A stretch of DNA of 63,472 nt, counting the filler, from Octopus bimaculoides (lineage: Eukaryota), in the NCBI RefSeq assembly GCF_001194135.2. It is 5 parts of 5 records of this genome, joined end to end, with 100 filler letters (N's around TTAATTAATTAA, not from the genome) between each part and the next. Parts side by side here need not be neighbours in the genome. Positions count along the whole stretch, not along the records: positions 61,271 to 63,472 come from NC_069006.1; 4 more parts are not named here. One strand, written 5' to 3'. Under the pieces are notes generated by a model. The model did no database searches and was not told where the DNA came from. It saw nothing but the letters and a program-made list of their open reading frames with translations. Position 1 is the stretch's first letter, and every line of letters starts with the position of its first letter. Made by a program: the position numbers and the translations under genes. Below are positions 62,240-63,472 of the stretch, piece by piece.

Positions 62240-62470
62240 ACTAGCCACCCTGCACCCCAGTTAGGGTAGAGCTATTTTGGGGTCTGGAGAGATGTAACTG
62301 GAGGATTTGGCTGGTGCCGCTCTGGGTCATGCTACACCTTTGTGGGTATCAATTATTCAAATATACACTCACACATGCTTTGCTATATATTAACACAACT
62401 CAGTAATTATATATCATGTGTATATATATATGCATATATATATATATTTATATACACACACACACCTGCG

Positions 62471-62542
<72 letters not shown>

Positions 62543-62604
62543 NNNNNNNNNNNNNNNNNNNNNNNNNNNNNNNNNNNNNNNNNNNNNNNNNNNNNNNNNN
62601 NNNN

Positions 62605-62644
<40 letters not shown>

Positions 62645-63435
62645 TGTATGTGTGTGTATGTATATATATATATGTATGTATATGTATATATACATACATA
62701 TATATATGAGTTCAATGTGTGTCTATACATATACACATACATACATGCAAGTATGTGTGTGTGTATATATATATATGTGAGTGTGCATGTAGGTAGGTAT
62801 GTGTGGGTGTATGTATGTATGCCTGCAAATTTGTATGTGTGTGAGTAAGTATACACACACACACACACACATACACATATATATATACACACTCTCACAT
62901 ACTTGTATGTATATATGTTCTCAGTCTGCTGTTCCTGTTCAAGGAAACCCAATATAAATAGACACCTAACGATGTTACTCGAGAACGAAGAGGGAAACAC
63001 TTCTACCTTCGTGTGTTTATACCTTCAACTCCACAATTTCAACAACAGCAACTTGGTGTTTTTTTCGTTTTTTCCTCACTTTTCGTGCTGTTTATATTTG
63101 TTTCACATCAGGAGCAAAAGTGTTGCTGTTGTTGTTGTTGTTGCCGGGTTGTTGTTTGTTGCTATGAATTTCCACCATGTGGTAAAATAGTTATACCACG
63201 TAATACCTACGTAAAAACATATACATGTGTGTTTGTGTGTGTTTGTAAACATATACCCATATAGACACACGTACACTCATGCACACATGCACATACACAC
63301 ACGCACATGCACACACACACATGCACACACACATACACACATGTACACACACATACACACATGTACACACACATACACACATGCACAGAGGTGTGTGTAT
63401 ATTTATGTAAATATATGTGTGTATGTATATGGTGT

Positions 63436-63472
<37 letters not shown>

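Noticed and set aside
62962-63055. Candidate exon TPNDVTRERRGKHFYLRVFIPSTPQFQQQQL
   Set aside because: Acceptor lacks a pyrimidine tract and the donor is weak; no family recognised.
1-63472. Protocadherin or C2H2 zinc-finger cluster genes
   Set aside because: No cadherin motifs or tandem C2H2 ORFs; the only C2H2-like motifs are RTE LINE tails.

Overview
Repeat-dominated, gene-poor animal genomic DNA from a draft assembly. It has many N gaps, and four 100-bp placeholder gaps carry an artificial TTAATTAATTAA linker. From the recalled SINE families and the microsatellite load I infer a cephalopod, most likely Octopus. No intact host protein-coding gene can be supported; almost all ORF-track entries are microsatellite or N-gap artefacts. 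The window contains: (i) at least four tRNA-headed SINE families in dozens of copies, including a TSD-bounded dimer and a 1.3-kb head-to-tail array; (ii) decayed fragments of R4/Dong-like, RTE, Tx1-like, CR1-like and Penelope retroelements, a Gypsy integrase and a KIAA1586-like hAT transposase; (iii) MITEs and foldbacks, a 91-bp mini-Helitron and a Helentron-like element. The most notable signal is a dense set of minimal type I hammerhead ribozyme motifs, read by eye. Two have a canonical core (1659-1706 +, 23561-23608 -). One sits in the loop of a foldback (46097-46139 -). A pair lies in 152/154-bp direct repeats that would release a 355-nt retrozyme-like monomer (46977-47485 -). A two-copy family has U at core position 6, and there are several decayed copies. 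Other observations: retroelement families tied to specific microsatellites, a SINE tail apparently shared with the Tx1-like LINE 3' end, and a switch to CpG-decayed repeat copies after about 51.3 kb, suggesting a methylated gene body whose exons I could not identify. All family assignments come from motif recognition, not database searches.
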